64,000 nt of DNA from NCBI GenBank assembly GCA_965262615.1, contig OZ253545.1, forward strand, positions 288,001 through 352,000, read 5' to 3'. Source of the stretch: Alphaproteobacteria bacterium. GTDB taxonomy: Bacteria > Pseudomonadota > Alphaproteobacteria > GM7ARS4 > G965262615. Of this stretch, positions 50,481-61,235 are shown one piece after another (the first letter of the stretch is position 1; each line of letters opens with the position of its first letter). The notes below the pieces were generated by a model. It searched no databases. It had not been told where the DNA came from and saw nothing but the letters and a program-made list of their open reading frames with translations. A program made the position numbers and the translations under genes.

Positions 50481-51530
50481 ATGTCGCTGTCTCCTCTCGC
50501 TCGCCGCCGCCTTGCCAATTTTCGCTTCCACAAACGCGGCTATCGCGCCTTTTGGATTTTTATCACCCTGTTTGCCATCACCCTGCCCGCCGAATTCATC
50601 GCCAATGATCAACCTCTCCTCATTCGCTATGATGGCTCGTTCTATGTGCCCATGGTTGAACCCCTGTCGGAACAATTTTTTGGCGGCGAATTTGCCAGTC
50701 AAGCCGATTACACCGACCCCTTCGTGCAAAATCTCATTGAACAAAAGGGGTGGCTCTTGTTTCCCCCCATCCCCATGTCCTACGACACCATTGATTTTGA
50801 CCTTCAGCACCCCACGCCATCGCCTCCAGACTCCGTCCATTGGCTCGGCACCGATGATCAAGGGCGTGATGTTTTGGCGCGTCTCATTTACGGATTTCGC
50901 ATCTCGGTGCTGTTTGGACTTTTGTTGACCATGCTCAGCTACCTCATCGGCATCATCAGTGGTGCGCTTCAGGGTTATTTCGGCGGCGCGGTGGATCTCG
51001 TGGGACAACGATTGGTGGAGATTTGGTCTGGCTTGCCTGTCTTGTTTCTACTGATTTTACTCTCTGCCTTCATTGCGGTGAATTTTTGGTGGCTGCTCAT
51101 CATCATGGCAATGTTCAATTGGATTGCCATTGAATCGGTGGTGCGCGCCGAATTTCTCAAAGCACGCCAGCTGGTTTATGTGCGAGCGGCGGTGGCGTTG
51201 GGCGTGCCACCTCACATCATTCTCTTTCGCCACATTCTCCCCAATGCCATGGTGGCGGCATTGACCTTTTTGCCATTCGTTTTGAGCGGCGCCATCACGA
51301 CTCTCACCTCATTGGATTTTTTGGGCTTTGGCTTGCCGCCCGGCTCGCCCTCACTGGGAGAAATGCTGCAACAAGGCAAGAACAATCTTCATGCGCCGTG
51401 GCTGGGGCTCACCGCGTTTTTTGTGATTGCGGTCATGCTGACGCTGCTCATTTTTATCGGCGAGGCGGTGCGCGCCGCCTTTGATCCCCGCCGTAGCCTT
51501 CCCACTAATTCCACAAAGACAAAAAAATGA
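50481..51530 (+). CDS. yejE: Peptide ABC transporter permease
   Basis: AEFIANDQPL, LGTDDQGRDVLARLIYGFRIS, LDFLGFGLPPGSPSLGE, GEAVR.AFDPR. Confidence 0.92.
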   Translation: MSLSPLARRRLANFRFHKRGYRAFWIFITLFAITLPAEFIANDQPLLIRYDGSFYVPMVEPLSEQFFGGEFASQADYTDPFVQNLIEQKGWLLFPPIPMSYDTIDFDLQHPTPSPPDSVHWLGTDDQGRDVLARLIYGFRISVLFGLLLTMLSYLIGIISGALQGYFGGAVDLVGQRLVEIWSGLPVLFLLILLSAFIAVNFWWLLIIMAMFNWIAIESVVRAEFLKARQLVYVRAAVALGVPPHIILFRHILPNAMVAALTFLPFVLSGAITTLTSLDFLGFGLPPGSPSLGEMLQQGKNNLHAPWLGLTAFFVIAVMLTLLIFIGEAVRAAFDPRRSLPTNSTKTKK

Positions 51531-53119
51531 CCCCACCACTCCTCACCATCGATCGCCTATCTGTGCCCTTTCCCAATGAGAAAAATGCAGGACTGCAGTC
51601 ACTCTCACTCTCCATCAAAAAAGGCGAAAGCCTTGCGCTGGTGGGAGAATCTGGAAGTGGCAAAACCATGACCGCCCTTGCCATCATGCGACTGTTGCCA
51701 CCTTCCATCACCCCTCAAGGACGCATTCTTTTTCAGCATCGCCACAAAGAACTCTCCCTTCTGTCTCTGCCGTCCTCGCACATGCCCTTGGTGCGCGGCA
51801 ATCACATCGCCATCGTCTTTCAAGAGCCCATGACCGCCTTTAACCCTCTGCACACCATCGGCAGACAAATCGCCGAGAGCTATCTCACCCACCATCCCCT
51901 TGAGGATGCCCGCCCCCATGTCACACGATGGCTGCAAGAAGTGGGATTTGCATCCACAGACATTGCGCGCATCGCCAATAGCTATCCCCATCAACTCTCA
52001 GGCGGACAGCGACAAAGAGCCATGTGCGCTCAGGCACTCATCAATCAGCCCTCCCTTCTTATTTTGGATGAACCCACCACCGCCCTTGATATCACATCAC
52101 AACAAACATTGCTCGCCACCCTCAAAAAATTACAGCACAAACATCAGTGGGGCATGATGCTCATCACCCACGATCTCTCCATTGTCGCCACCATGACCCA
52201 ACACATGATCATCCTCAAAGACGGTGCAATCGTTGAACAAGGAGACACCCATCAATTGCTGAACAACGCAACGCATCCCTACAGTCGCACCCTCATTCAT
52301 AGCCTGCCGCCCGCAAAAACCTATCGCCGCAAAAAATCACCCCCTTTGCTGCAATTGCACAATGTCTCCTTGCACTATCAACGCACCGCCCGCTGGTTCA
52401 AAAAAAATGATGCACCGTTCATCGCCCTTAACAAGGTCTCCTTCACCATCCATCAAGGAGAAACCATCGGGGTTGTGGGAGAATCCGGCAGCGGCAAAAG
52501 CTCGCTGGCTCTTGCCATCACGCATCTGGCGGCGGCGCACGGCTCTATTCTTTACGAAGGACGCAATCTTCTCACGCTTTCTGCCAAAGACATGCGTCCT
52601 TTGCGCAGAGACATTCAAATCGTTTTTCAAGACCCCTTTGCCTCTCTCAATCCTCGCCTGACCGTGAGCGACCTCATCAGTGAAGGGGTGTCCATTTTTG
52701 AGCCTCATCTCAGTGAGACCACCCGTTCCGCTCGGGTGCAAAAACTTCTCAAGCAGGTGGGACTCAAGCCCTCTCATCATGATCGCTATCCTCATGAATT
52801 TTCAGGCGGGCAACGACAACGCATCGCCATCGCTCGCGCCCTCATTCTCAATCCCAAACTCCTCATTCTTGATGAACCCACCAGCGCATTGGACAAAGCC
52901 ATTCAAAAAGACATCCTCGCACTGCTCACCCAATTGCAACGAAAATTATCCATCGCCTATCTTTTCATCAGCCATGACATGGGCGTCATCAGCAGCATGG
53001 CCGATTATATCATCGTGATGAAAGACGGCATCATCATTGAACAAGGCGCAGCACAAGACATTCTGAAAACGCCACGCCAGAGCGTCACCAGACAGCTCAT
53101 TGCCGCGGCGCATCTTTAA
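51527..53119 (+). CDS. yejF: Peptide ABC transporter ATP-binding protein (two ABC domains)
   Basis: Two GESGSGK Walker A motifs, YPHQLSGGQRQR and YPHEFSGGQRQR. Confidence 0.9.
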   Translation: MTPPLLTIDRLSVPFPNEKNAGLQSLSLSIKKGESLALVGESGSGKTMTALAIMRLLPPSITPQGRILFQHRHKELSLLSLPSSHMPLVRGNHIAIVFQEPMTAFNPLHTIGRQIAESYLTHHPLEDARPHVTRWLQEVGFASTDIARIANSYPHQLSGGQRQRAMCAQALINQPSLLILDEPTTALDITSQQTLLATLKKLQHKHQWGMMLITHDLSIVATMTQHMIILKDGAIVEQGDTHQLLNNATHPYSRTLIHSLPPAKTYRRKKSPPLLQLHNVSLHYQRTARWFKKNDAPFIALNKVSFTIHQGETIGVVGESGSGKSSLALAITHLAAAHGSILYEGRNLLTLSAKDMRPLRRDIQIVFQDPFASLNPRLTVSDLISEGVSIFEPHLSETTRSARVQKLLKQVGLKPSHHDRYPHEFSGGQRQRIAIARALILNPKLLILDEPTSALDKAIQKDILALLTQLQRKLSIAYLFISHDMGVISSMADYIIVMKDGIIIEQGAAQDILKTPRQSVTRQLIAAAHL

Positions 53120-54812
53120 TCAGTGCTTCAAGCTGCGTCTCATAACGCTGTTTGATGGCGCGCCGTCTTAATTTCAGAGTCGGTGTCATCAACTGGTTGG
53201 CAATGGTAAATTCCTCATCGGCAATCATGAATTTCTTCACCCTTTCAAAGGGTTGCAACTGCCGATTGGTGTCATCAATCATTTTTTGAACATCAGCTTT
53301 TGTGCCTCGCCATTCTTGTGCCATCACCACAATCGCCACGATATACGCCAAACCATCGCCAAAAACCGCCGCCTGACCGATGGCATCATGACGGCACAAA
53401 TGCTCTTCTATCTTGACGGGGGCAATGTTATCGCCACCACTGTTCACAATCATATCCTTGATGCGGTCGGTAATCACGATGTCGCCATCATCATTGACAT
53501 AGCCACAGTCACCCGTATGCAGCCATCCATCCCGCAACGCCTCTTTTGTTGCCGCCTCATCGTTCCAGTATCCCTTCATGAGATTATCGCCGCGCACACA
53601 CAGCTCGCCTTCTGTTGTCACGCGCAATTCCACATTCTTGAACAGTTTTCCCACCGTGCCAAAGTGATTGGCAAACGGCTGATTGCAACTGATAATGGGG
53701 GCAGCCTCCGTCTGACCATAGCCCTGCAGAACCGTGAGACCAAAAGCATCCAAGTTTTTGTTGGTCTCCTCAGGCAAAGCCGCACCACCCGATATAAAAA
53801 GACGCACACACCCACCAAATCGCTTGGCAATGGCGCGCCGCACCAACACCGTCAGCACACCATCAAACAGCCTTTGCGGCAGTGACAATGGACGCGTCCG
53901 CCTTCTGCCCCAGTGCCATGTCTGGCGCAACAACCATCCCTTAATCCCCGTGGCGCGCCGCATTTGCTCCATCAATTTGCGCTCCATGCTCTGATACAAA
54001 CGCGGCACACCCGCCATCAAAGTGGGCTTCATCTCCGCCATGTTGGACACCAATTGCTCCACATTCTCCGCATACACAATCTGTGCATCACCCAAAGTCA
54101 TGGGAAAAAACTGACAACATGTGCGCTCAAAAGAATGCGCCAGAGGCAAAAACGACATGAACCGATGACCATCCAAACCAATGGGACGCAATAATGATGC
54201 CGCACCCTCGCAATTGGCTAAAATCGCCCCATGAGACAGCATCACACCCTTCGGATGAGAACTGGTCCCCGAAGTGTGAATGATGGAACACACATCGTCT
54301 TTTTTTATATGATTCAAAGCCAGTGCGTCATCGCCGCCTGATGCCATCACATCGTTCCACGATGTCAATTTTATGGATGACGGCATATGTGCCTCATCCT
54401 TGAGGTCATCCAACACGATCACCATCGTCACAGAATCGTTTTGCGGCAAAATATTTTTAAGAGACGCAAATGCTCGTGCAGAGGCAAAAATCACCGATGC
54501 CCGCACCGAATTGATGCAATAGAGATGATCCTCGGAACGATGAGTCGTAAAAAGAGGGGTTGTCACCGCACCACTCGCCATGATTGCCATGTCCGCCATC
54601 ATCCAGCGAGGACTATTGTCCGCCACAATGATGCAGCGAGGGTGGTGCTCCTGATGATGCCCCTGCAAAAAGCGCGCCATGTGCGTGACCTGACGCGCCG
54701 CCTCACGCCATGACAAAGACCGCCACGCATCTTCCTTAAAGTGACACAAAGCGCGCTCCCCCTGACTCTGAGCCTGAGCAAAAAACATATGAGGCAGTGA
54801 ATTCCACATCAT
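53097..54812 (-). CDS. Long-chain fatty acid-CoA ligase (AMP-binding)
   Basis: HTSGTSSHPKGVMLSH, SFLPLAHSFE, QGYGQTEA, GWLHTGD, ITDRIKD, TPTLKLRR. Confidence 0.92.
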   Translation of the reverse strand: MMWNSLPHMFFAQAQSQGERALCHFKEDAWRSLSWREAARQVTHMARFLQGHHQEHHPRCIIVADNSPRWMMADMAIMASGAVTTPLFTTHRSEDHLYCINSVRASVIFASARAFASLKNILPQNDSVTMVIVLDDLKDEAHMPSSIKLTSWNDVMASGGDDALALNHIKKDDVCSIIHTSGTSSHPKGVMLSHGAILANCEGAASLLRPIGLDGHRFMSFLPLAHSFERTCCQFFPMTLGDAQIVYAENVEQLVSNMAEMKPTLMAGVPRLYQSMERKLMEQMRRATGIKGWLLRQTWHWGRRRTRPLSLPQRLFDGVLTVLVRRAIAKRFGGCVRLFISGGAALPEETNKNLDAFGLTVLQGYGQTEAAPIISCNQPFANHFGTVGKLFKNVELRVTTEGELCVRGDNLMKGYWNDEAATKEALRDGWLHTGDCGYVNDDGDIVITDRIKDMIVNSGGDNIAPVKIEEHLCRHDAIGQAAVFGDGLAYIVAIVVMAQEWRGTKADVQKMIDDTNRQLQPFERVKKFMIADEEFTIANQLMTPTLKLRRRAIKQRYETQLEALIKDAPRQ

Positions 54813-55915
54813 GCTTGTTCCATCGCAATCATCGTTCCTTTGAAATCTTTCAACAAATGACGGTCGGCAGCCGTCACCCAGTACTGCACATCCAATTCGT
54901 CCCAGCTCTGATACAATTGGAAACGTCTGCGTTCATCCAGATGTGCCGCCGCCTCATCCAACAATACCACAGGACGCTTGCCAAGCTGCCGCAACAGTGC
55001 CACCGCTTTGCTCACGAGAGAAACCGTCAGTAATTTTTGCTCCCCCGTGGAACACAGACGACCATCCATGCCGGATTTTCCATGTCTCATCACAAAATCA
55101 CTCTTGTGAACACCATAGGCTGAGCCACCGCTGAGACGATCCTCCTCTCTGCACTGCCGCCACAATTCACAGAGCCGCTCCTCCAGCTGCAAAGCAGACA
55201 ATTCCGCGAGCCAGCCATCAACCGCACAATCCATCTCCAGTGTGATGGGGAAAATTGACTCATGGTGCTTGTTCAAGCGCGCCACCATCACATGACGCGC
55301 CGCCGCAATGGATGAATTCAAACGCGCCATGCGCTCCTCCAACAGAGTCAGCCAGCGAGCATCGCCATCGGTGCGCAACAAGCGACTTCGCTCCCGCAAC
55401 AAGCGACCATAATTGCGTAACCACGATTCGTGCTGGTGTTCAAAATGACTCGTTATGTGGTCAAGCAGGCGTCTTCTTGCCTCAGGCGGTGCGCCGCCAT
55501 CGCGCTCACTGTCTGGTGTCAACCACAAGAGGGGCATCTCTTTGCGAAATTCTTTTTGTGTCTGTGCCACATCATTGACTCGCATACGGCGCATGCCGCT
55601 CTGCCATGACAGCTGCACATCATCCACGACTTCATCCCTTCTCCATTGCATATGCACCATCCAACCATCAGAGCCCGTGTGCGCCACCACAGACGATGAT
55701 GCACCCCGCATTCCTCGTCCCTGCAGCAGGGAAATAGCCTCTAACACATTGGTCTTGCCGCACCCATTGCTTCCCCACAATGCCACACCACCCCTGTCAT
55801 CAAGAGTCAGACGATAATCCCTATGGTTGCGAAAATTACACAGACGCAACGAGCAAATTCCGCAATGTCCCGCCTCTTCGCTCACCAAAGACACCGCCGC
55901 TTCAATCATATCCAA
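54809..55915 (-). CDS. recF: DNA replication/repair protein RecF
   Basis: NFRNH, GSNGCGKTNVLEAISLL, RRRLLD, G.H.SD, CSTGEQK, LLDE.AAHLD..RR. Confidence 0.93.
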   Translation of the reverse strand: MDMIEAAVSLVSEEAGHCGICSLRLCNFRNHRDYRLTLDDRGGVALWGSNGCGKTNVLEAISLLQGRGMRGASSSVVAHTGSDGWMVHMQWRRDEVVDDVQLSWQSGMRRMRVNDVAQTQKEFRKEMPLLWLTPDSERDGGAPPEARRRLLDHITSHFEHQHESWLRNYGRLLRERSRLLRTDGDARWLTLLEERMARLNSSIAAARHVMVARLNKHHESIFPITLEMDCAVDGWLAELSALQLEERLCELWRQCREEDRLSGGSAYGVHKSDFVMRHGKSGMDGRLCSTGEQKLLTVSLVSKAVALLRQLGKRPVVLLDEAAAHLDERRRFQLYQSWDELDVQYWVTAADRHLLKDFKGTMIAMEQA

Positions 55916-57049
55916 CTACGCCTTAATGGGCATGAGAAGACCCAAGTAATGAGGGTTTTTCTCTCCGCGAACGGTGGTCGCTCCGCCAGAGCCGCGCAAA
56001 AACAATTGCACCATCCCCCCCTCAAGAGGAAGCACCGCATCTGTCAAATAACCAATGTTATAACGCAATTCCAATTCTTCTCCATCATAGTCCACATCCG
56101 CCTCATCGCTGCCCTCATGGTGATCATCATGATGAACACTCATGCCCAGCAAACCTCGCGCAAAACGAAGCGACAAACGACCGTTCTTGTGATCCACCAA
56201 ACTGCCCATGCGCTTCATCATCGCAAGAAACAAATCCCCCTGAAGAGAAATCTTCACCCCATCATCAGATGGAACCACACCGCGATAATCAGGATAGCGA
56301 TCCTCCAGCAAACGGGTGTAAAAATGAACATCGCCAAATTCAATGCGCATCCCCGTATCCGACACATAACAGATCATTTGTCCATCCACCCCCTGTAAAA
56401 GGTGTGTCATCTCTTTGACCGCGCGAACGGGAATAATCACTCCCTTCAACGAATTGTCCGCAGGCTGCGAAAGGGGAACATCAATCATGGACATGCGGTG
56501 ACCATCCGTTGCCACCATCCGCAGCATCGTCTCACCCCCCCCATCTTCCGTATGACAATAGACACCCTTGAGAGACGGACGCGCCACCTCACGAGGAACA
56601 GCATAATCAACCGTTCGCAAACCATTCAAAAAATCAGCGGCAGCCATCTCACAAGAATAAGAGCCCTTATCCTGATCCATCGGCGGATACCCCTCATCCA
56701 ATGTGCGCAACTTAAACTGAGCTCTGCCACACGAGAGCCGCACCCATGTCTCACCCCCCTCTTCTTCCAATTCCATGTGGAGATTATCAGCCACAGACAA
56801 CTCGCCCACAATCTTATGAAGCAAAAAACCAGGAAGGAGAATCGTTCCCTCGCCCTGCAAATTGTCACACGCCACCACCTCTTCACCACTGCTTTCCATA
56901 TTATTTGCCGTCATCATGATGCGTCCCTGATGGGCAACCAGCTTCAGATGCGACAAAATAGGCATCACTTCACGATGCTCCAATAAATCATGAAGACGCT
57001 TCAGCGACCCCAAAAAAGAACCGCAGTTAATATCAATGATCAGCTTCAT
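55916..57049 (-). CDS. dnaN: DNA polymerase III beta sliding clamp (divergent)
   Basis: MPILSH, R..L.GVY, MVATDGHRM, VIIP.RA, RLLE..YPDY..V.P, YN..YL.D, C-terminal LMP. Confidence 0.93.
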   Translation of the reverse strand: MKLIIDINCGSFLGSLKRLHDLLEHREVMPILSHLKLVAHQGRIMMTANNMESSGEEVVACDNLQGEGTILLPGFLLHKIVGELSVADNLHMELEEEGGETWVRLSCGRAQFKLRTLDEGYPPMDQDKGSYSCEMAAADFLNGLRTVDYAVPREVARPSLKGVYCHTEDGGGETMLRMVATDGHRMSMIDVPLSQPADNSLKGVIIPVRAVKEMTHLLQGVDGQMICYVSDTGMRIEFGDVHFYTRLLEDRYPDYRGVVPSDDGVKISLQGDLFLAMMKRMGSLVDHKNGRLSLRFARGLLGMSVHHDDHHEGSDEADVDYDGEELELRYNIGYLTDAVLPLEGGMVQLFLRGSGGATTVRGEKNPHYLGLLMPIKA

Positions 57050-58394
57050 GGCGCAAAATCTCCATAAGTCGTTCCATATCGTTTCTTATTGACATATCAT
57101 CCTCCCGTCTCTTTTGCATCACCTTGATGGCGTGAAGAACCGTCGTGTGATTCTTCTTTCTGAATTTGTGAGATATAGCAGGATAGGAGAGACTTGTCAT
57201 CTTTTTCATCAAAAACATTGCCATCTGGCGAGGACGTGCCAGTGAACGCATGCGACTGGAAGACAATAAATCATCAATGGAAATACCGTAGTATTGAGCC
57301 GTTTGTTTGATAATGTCATCGGCTTTGACATCCACATGTCCCTTTTGCCACCATTCCGCCACCACCTCCAGTGCCATCTCCGGAGTGATCGGCTTGTTCT
57401 CCAATTGATTTTTTGCCTCCAAATGCCTCAAAGTGGAAACCAACGCCCGATTGCTAAAACTCACGCGCAACGCCAGCATCTGCAAAATATCATCAGAGAC
57501 ACGAAGAGAGCCGTGACGAACCGAAAGACAATGACGCAAAATATCAAGACGCAATTGATAATCACTCTTTTTAATCTCCGCCACCAAACCACTGCCCAAG
57601 CGAGAGGTCACATATTTCGGAAATCCCTTCAGATGGGCAGGGTGCTCATTGCCTGTCACCACAACTTTTTTCCCCATCCCAACCAATTCGTTAAAGATAT
57701 ATTTCCACTCATCCAAAGTCTTTTCCTTGCTCAGCAGAAATTGAAAATCATCAAACAAGAACGCGTCTAAAGAACAAAAGTGATTCTTAAATGCCTTCAT
57801 GCGATCGTTATCGCGCACCACATCAACAAAATTGCTCAGAAAATTTTGTGCATTGACACAAGCAATGCGCCGACATCCATTCTCAAGAAGAAGCCACCCA
57901 ATGGCATGCAGGAGGTGACTCTTGCCATTGCCCACATCCCCGTAGATATACAACGGATTATAACGCTCATTGGATAATTCAAACTGCTGTGCAATCTTGA
58001 GAGAGCCCTCATAGGCGAGAGCGTTGGCTTCCCCCTTGACGAAACTCTCAAAGCGGGCAAGAGGATTTAAATGACATTGTTTGCCCAAAGCAAGAATATC
58101 ACCTTCAGATGTCTCACCAGAACGCACAGGCGAATGAGACACTGAAGCAGACGATGGCAATTCAATCACCAATTGATGAGTCTCACTTCCATGACGCAAC
58201 AAAGATTGCTTGATGGCATCTTGATAGTTGGACCTGATGTATTTTCTTAAAAAGACCGTCTCCACATGCACCACTGCGCGTCCATTCTTCAAAGAATGCA
58301 AATTCGTCTTTGACAAAAAAGCACGATAAACATCATCGCCATATTGACGCTGTAAGTCGTTTTGCACTCGCCGCCACAGTTCTTTCACATTCAT
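57033..58394 (-). CDS. dnaA: Chromosomal replication initiator DnaA
   Basis: F..FV.G..N..A, YNPLYIYG.VG.GKSHLLHA, DD.QFL, SRL..GL, ARPRQMAM.L, HTTVLHA; ATG overlaps the rhodanese stop. Confidence 0.96.
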   Translation of the reverse strand: MNVKELWRRVQNDLQRQYGDDVYRAFLSKTNLHSLKNGRAVVHVETVFLRKYIRSNYQDAIKQSLLRHGSETHQLVIELPSSASVSHSPVRSGETSEGDILALGKQCHLNPLARFESFVKGEANALAYEGSLKIAQQFELSNERYNPLYIYGDVGNGKSHLLHAIGWLLLENGCRRIACVNAQNFLSNFVDVVRDNDRMKAFKNHFCSLDAFLFDDFQFLLSKEKTLDEWKYIFNELVGMGKKVVVTGNEHPAHLKGFPKYVTSRLGSGLVAEIKKSDYQLRLDILRHCLSVRHGSLRVSDDILQMLALRVSFSNRALVSTLRHLEAKNQLENKPITPEMALEVVAEWWQKGHVDVKADDIIKQTAQYYGISIDDLLSSSRMRSLARPRQMAMFLMKKMTSLSYPAISHKFRKKNHTTVLHAIKVMQKRREDDMSIRNDMERLMEILRHEADH

Positions 58395-58834
58395 TTCTGT
58401 CGCCAAGGGAATCCCTCCGCTTTCCAGCCGTTATGACAGCCTCGTTGTCCTTTCTCATCCAGATCCCCCTCAAAGCCCGGCACCACATTGTAGCATTTCG
58501 CAAAACCCGCCGCCGTCAATGCCATCGCCGCCATGCGAGAACGACCGCCCGAACGACACAGACACAAAATCGTCATGCTCTCATCGAGACCACGCGCTTT
58601 GACATCTGATACAAAATTCATATTCTGAGTCATCCCAGGATAAACCTGCCAGGGAACATAACAAACCTCCCCGCCCAATGAAGACACATCACACACGCCC
58701 ACATAATTCCATTCCGCATCCGTGCGACAATCCAGCAGACGAGCTTGAGAATCTTCTTGCAACAATTGCCACGCCTGCTGCACCGTTATATCGCCACCGT
58801 AGGATGCCGACTGTGTCACTTGATCGCTCGCCAT
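58391..58834 (-). CDS. Rhodanese-like domain protein
   Basis: YGGDI....AW..L, LLDCRT.AEW.YVG, CLCRSGGRS..AA, CYNV..GFEG.LD..G.R....GWK..G.PW.Q. Confidence 0.92.
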   Translation of the reverse strand: MASDQVTQSASYGGDITVQQAWQLLQEDSQARLLDCRTDAEWNYVGVCDVSSLGGEVCYVPWQVYPGMTQNMNFVSDVKARGLDESMTILCLCRSGGRSRMAAMALTAAGFAKCYNVVPGFEGDLDEKGQRGCHNGWKAEGFPWRQK

Positions 58835-58911
58835 CGTCTTCCTTTCTTAAAGCCCCTCTCCTAGAAACCCCAGAAATCAAGGGTTTTTCATAAAATTCAT
58901 TCCCACAGCAT

Positions 58912-58939
58912 CAATTCATTGTGCCAATTCATTGTGCCA
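58912..58939. repeat. 13-bp direct tandem repeat in the rhodanese-dnaA/ogt divergent region
   Basis: caattcattgtgc twice, plus a partial aattcatt at 58894. Confidence 0.75.
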
Positions 58940-59063
58940 CTGCAAAAGTTTTTTCTCAAGATGAATAAAATTATTGACTTTTCAAATTCAAGGTTTCATA
59001 AGTCTTTTGACAAGAAAAATTGGTTATTAAATTGAAGATATTTGTTGTGCCGCTCTCCTGCCC

Positions 59064-59573
59064 ATGCTCACAGTGACGCTTTACCACAGTCCCATTGGCA
59101 TTCTTCACATCACCTGCAGTGCAAAACAAATTCATCGCTTGCGGTGGCTGCGCGCGCATCATGATGTCATTGATGAAGGCAGTCAGACGAGCCTGACACA
59201 GCGCGTGACTTCTTGGTTGAATTCCTACTTTTCTCGCCATCGCCCCACTCCTTTGGCAGAGGATTTGTTTTGCTGGGATGATGTCTCCGTCTTCACAGCC
59301 ACCATTCTCAAACAGGTGCGCCACATTCCTTATGGCTCACTGGTGAGTTACAAAAATGTGGCAGAGGAAGCGGCGACAGGGGCGCGAGCGGTGGGAGGCG
59401 CGTTGTCGCGCAATCCATTTCCCATTCTCATTCCCTGTCATCGCATCATTGCCAGTAATAGCCAAAAGGCTCGCCATCTTTGTCTCAAAGGATATTTGGG
59501 TGCAGAAGGCGTGACAAAAAAGAAGTATTTATTGGCTTTGGAAAATCCTCAACTATTCTCAGCTATTCATTGA
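59064..59573 (+). CDS. ogt: Methylated-DNA-protein-cysteine methyltransferase
   Basis: SPIG.L, IPYG...SY, ARAVGGA..RNP.PI.IPCHRII, K..LL.LE. Confidence 0.93.
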   Translation: MLTVTLYHSPIGILHITCSAKQIHRLRWLRAHHDVIDEGSQTSLTQRVTSWLNSYFSRHRPTPLAEDLFCWDDVSVFTATILKQVRHIPYGSLVSYKNVAEEAATGARAVGGALSRNPFPILIPCHRIIASNSQKARHLCLKGYLGAEGVTKKKYLLALENPQLFSAIH

Positions 59574-60027
59574 CTGAAAAAAGTCTTTATTGCTTTTGGA
59601 GGTGGTGAGTTTCTCAAGGATGAATTCCATCGCATCCACAGTTCCCATAGGTGTGAGAATTCTCCGCAGCACCCACATTACGGCATTGCCAAAAAGAAAT
59701 ACCTATTAGCTCTGGAAAATCCTCAACTATTCTCAGCTATTCATTGACTGAAAAAAGTCTTTATTGCTTTTGGAGGTGGTGAGTTTCTCAAGGATGAACT
59801 CCATCGCATCCACAGTTCCCATGGGCGTGAGAATTCTCCGCAGCACCCACATTACGGCATTGCCAAAAAGAAATACCTATTAGCTCTGGAAAATCCTCAA
59901 CTATTCTCAGCTATTCATTGACTGAAAAAAGTCTTTATTGCTTTTGGAGGTGGTGAGTTTCTCAAGGATAAACTCCATCGCATCCACAGTTCCCATGGGT
60001 GTGAGAATTCTCCGCAGCACCCACATT
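59508..60027. repeat. 3 tandem copies (174-bp period) of the ogt/rho convergent 3'-end junction
   Basis: Units start at 59508, 59682 and 59856; the junction cacccacattacggcattgcc occurs twice. Confidence 0.98.
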
Positions 60028-61154
60028 TTTGCCAGTTCATCCTTTTCCGTGAGCATTTCTTCCTTGCGTGTGCCAGACTTGGTGACATCAATGGAGGGAA
60101 AGACACGCTTATCAGAAATTTTACGATCCAAAACAATCTCCGCATTTCCCGTGCCTTTGAATTCTTCAAAGATCACCTCATCCATGCGCGAGCCAGTATC
60201 CACCAAAGCGGTGCCGATGATGGTGAGAGACCCTCCCTCTTCAATGTTGCGTGCCGCTCCAAAAAACCGTTTGGGACGCTGCAAGGCATTGGCATCCACG
60301 CCGCCCGTCAAAATCTTGCCAGAGCTGGGCACCATGGAATTATACGCACGAGCCAGACGCGTGATGGAATCCAATAAAATCACCACATCCCGACGACATT
60401 CCACCAAACGCTTGGCTTTGGCAATCACCATCTCGGCAACCTGCACATGGCGAGTGGCAGGCTCATCAAAGGTGGAACTCACCACTTCTCCACGCACGGA
60501 GCGTTTCATATCGGTGACTTCTTCGGGACGCTCATCAATCAGCAAAACCATTAAATAGACATCGGGATAGTTGGCAGAGATGGCATGGGCAATATTTTGC
60601 AGCATCATGGTTTTTCCCGTGCGTGGCGGTGCCACAATCAAGGCTCGTTGTCCCTTGCCGATGGGGGCGATTAAATCAATCACCCGATGAGTCATTTCCT
60701 TGTCATTTTCTACTTCTAATCTAAGACGCTCCGTGGGATAGGATGCGGTCAAATTATCAAAATTGATGCGGTGAGCCAATGGAAGCGATTGATAATTCAC
60801 TTGAGACGCTTCATCCAAAGAAAAATAACGCTCATTCTCAAGGGGCGGACGCAAAGAGCCACCCACCACATCGCCGTGACGCAATCCCAGACGGCGAATT
60901 TGCTGGGGCGACACATAAACATCATCCGCACTCGCCAGATAATTGGAGTCAGGAGAGCGCAGAAAACCAAACCCGTCTTGGCTAATCTCCAAAGCACCTT
61001 CCATGGAAACACTTTTTTCTGTTTCAGACAGACGCTTGAGGATGGCAAAAGTCATATCTTGCTTGCGCAATTGACCAGCATTTTCTATCTGCAGCTCCTC
61101 AGCGAACGCCAGTAATTCGGGTGCAGTCTTCTTTTTTAGCTCATTGAGATCCAT
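59907..61154 (-). CDS. rho: Transcription termination factor Rho
   Basis: [66 protein letters not shown]. Confidence 0.98.
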   Translation of the reverse strand: MDLNELKKKTAPELLAFAEELQIENAGQLRKQDMTFAILKRLSETEKSVSMEGALEISQDGFGFLRSPDSNYLASADDVYVSPQQIRRLGLRHGDVVGGSLRPPLENERYFSLDEASQVNYQSLPLAHRINFDNLTASYPTERLRLEVENDKEMTHRVIDLIAPIGKGQRALIVAPPRTGKTMMLQNIAHAISANYPDVYLMVLLIDERPEEVTDMKRSVRGEVVSSTFDEPATRHVQVAEMVIAKAKRLVECRRDVVILLDSITRLARAYNSMVPSSGKILTGGVDANALQRPKRFFGAARNIEEGGSLTIIGTALVDTGSRMDEVIFEEFKGTGNAEIVLDRKISDKRVFPSIDVTKSGTRKEEMLTEKDELAKMWVLRRILTPMGTVDAMEFILEKLTTSKSNKDFFQSMNS

Positions 61155-61235
61155 AACAAAAAACTCCTCAAAAGGATATGAAAAAAATAAGGGGGGATAG
61201 GGAACAAGCGATGATCGCCGTCACATGATTCCGTC

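Noticed and set aside
58835-59063. oriC upstream of the dnaA operon
   Set aside because: AT-rich but no convincing DnaA boxes, and the strand composition flip occurs at hemE-maf rather than here.
59508-60027. Diversity-generating retroelement TR/VR pair
   Set aside because: Differences are not adenine-specific, are mostly synonymous, and no reverse transcriptase is in the window.
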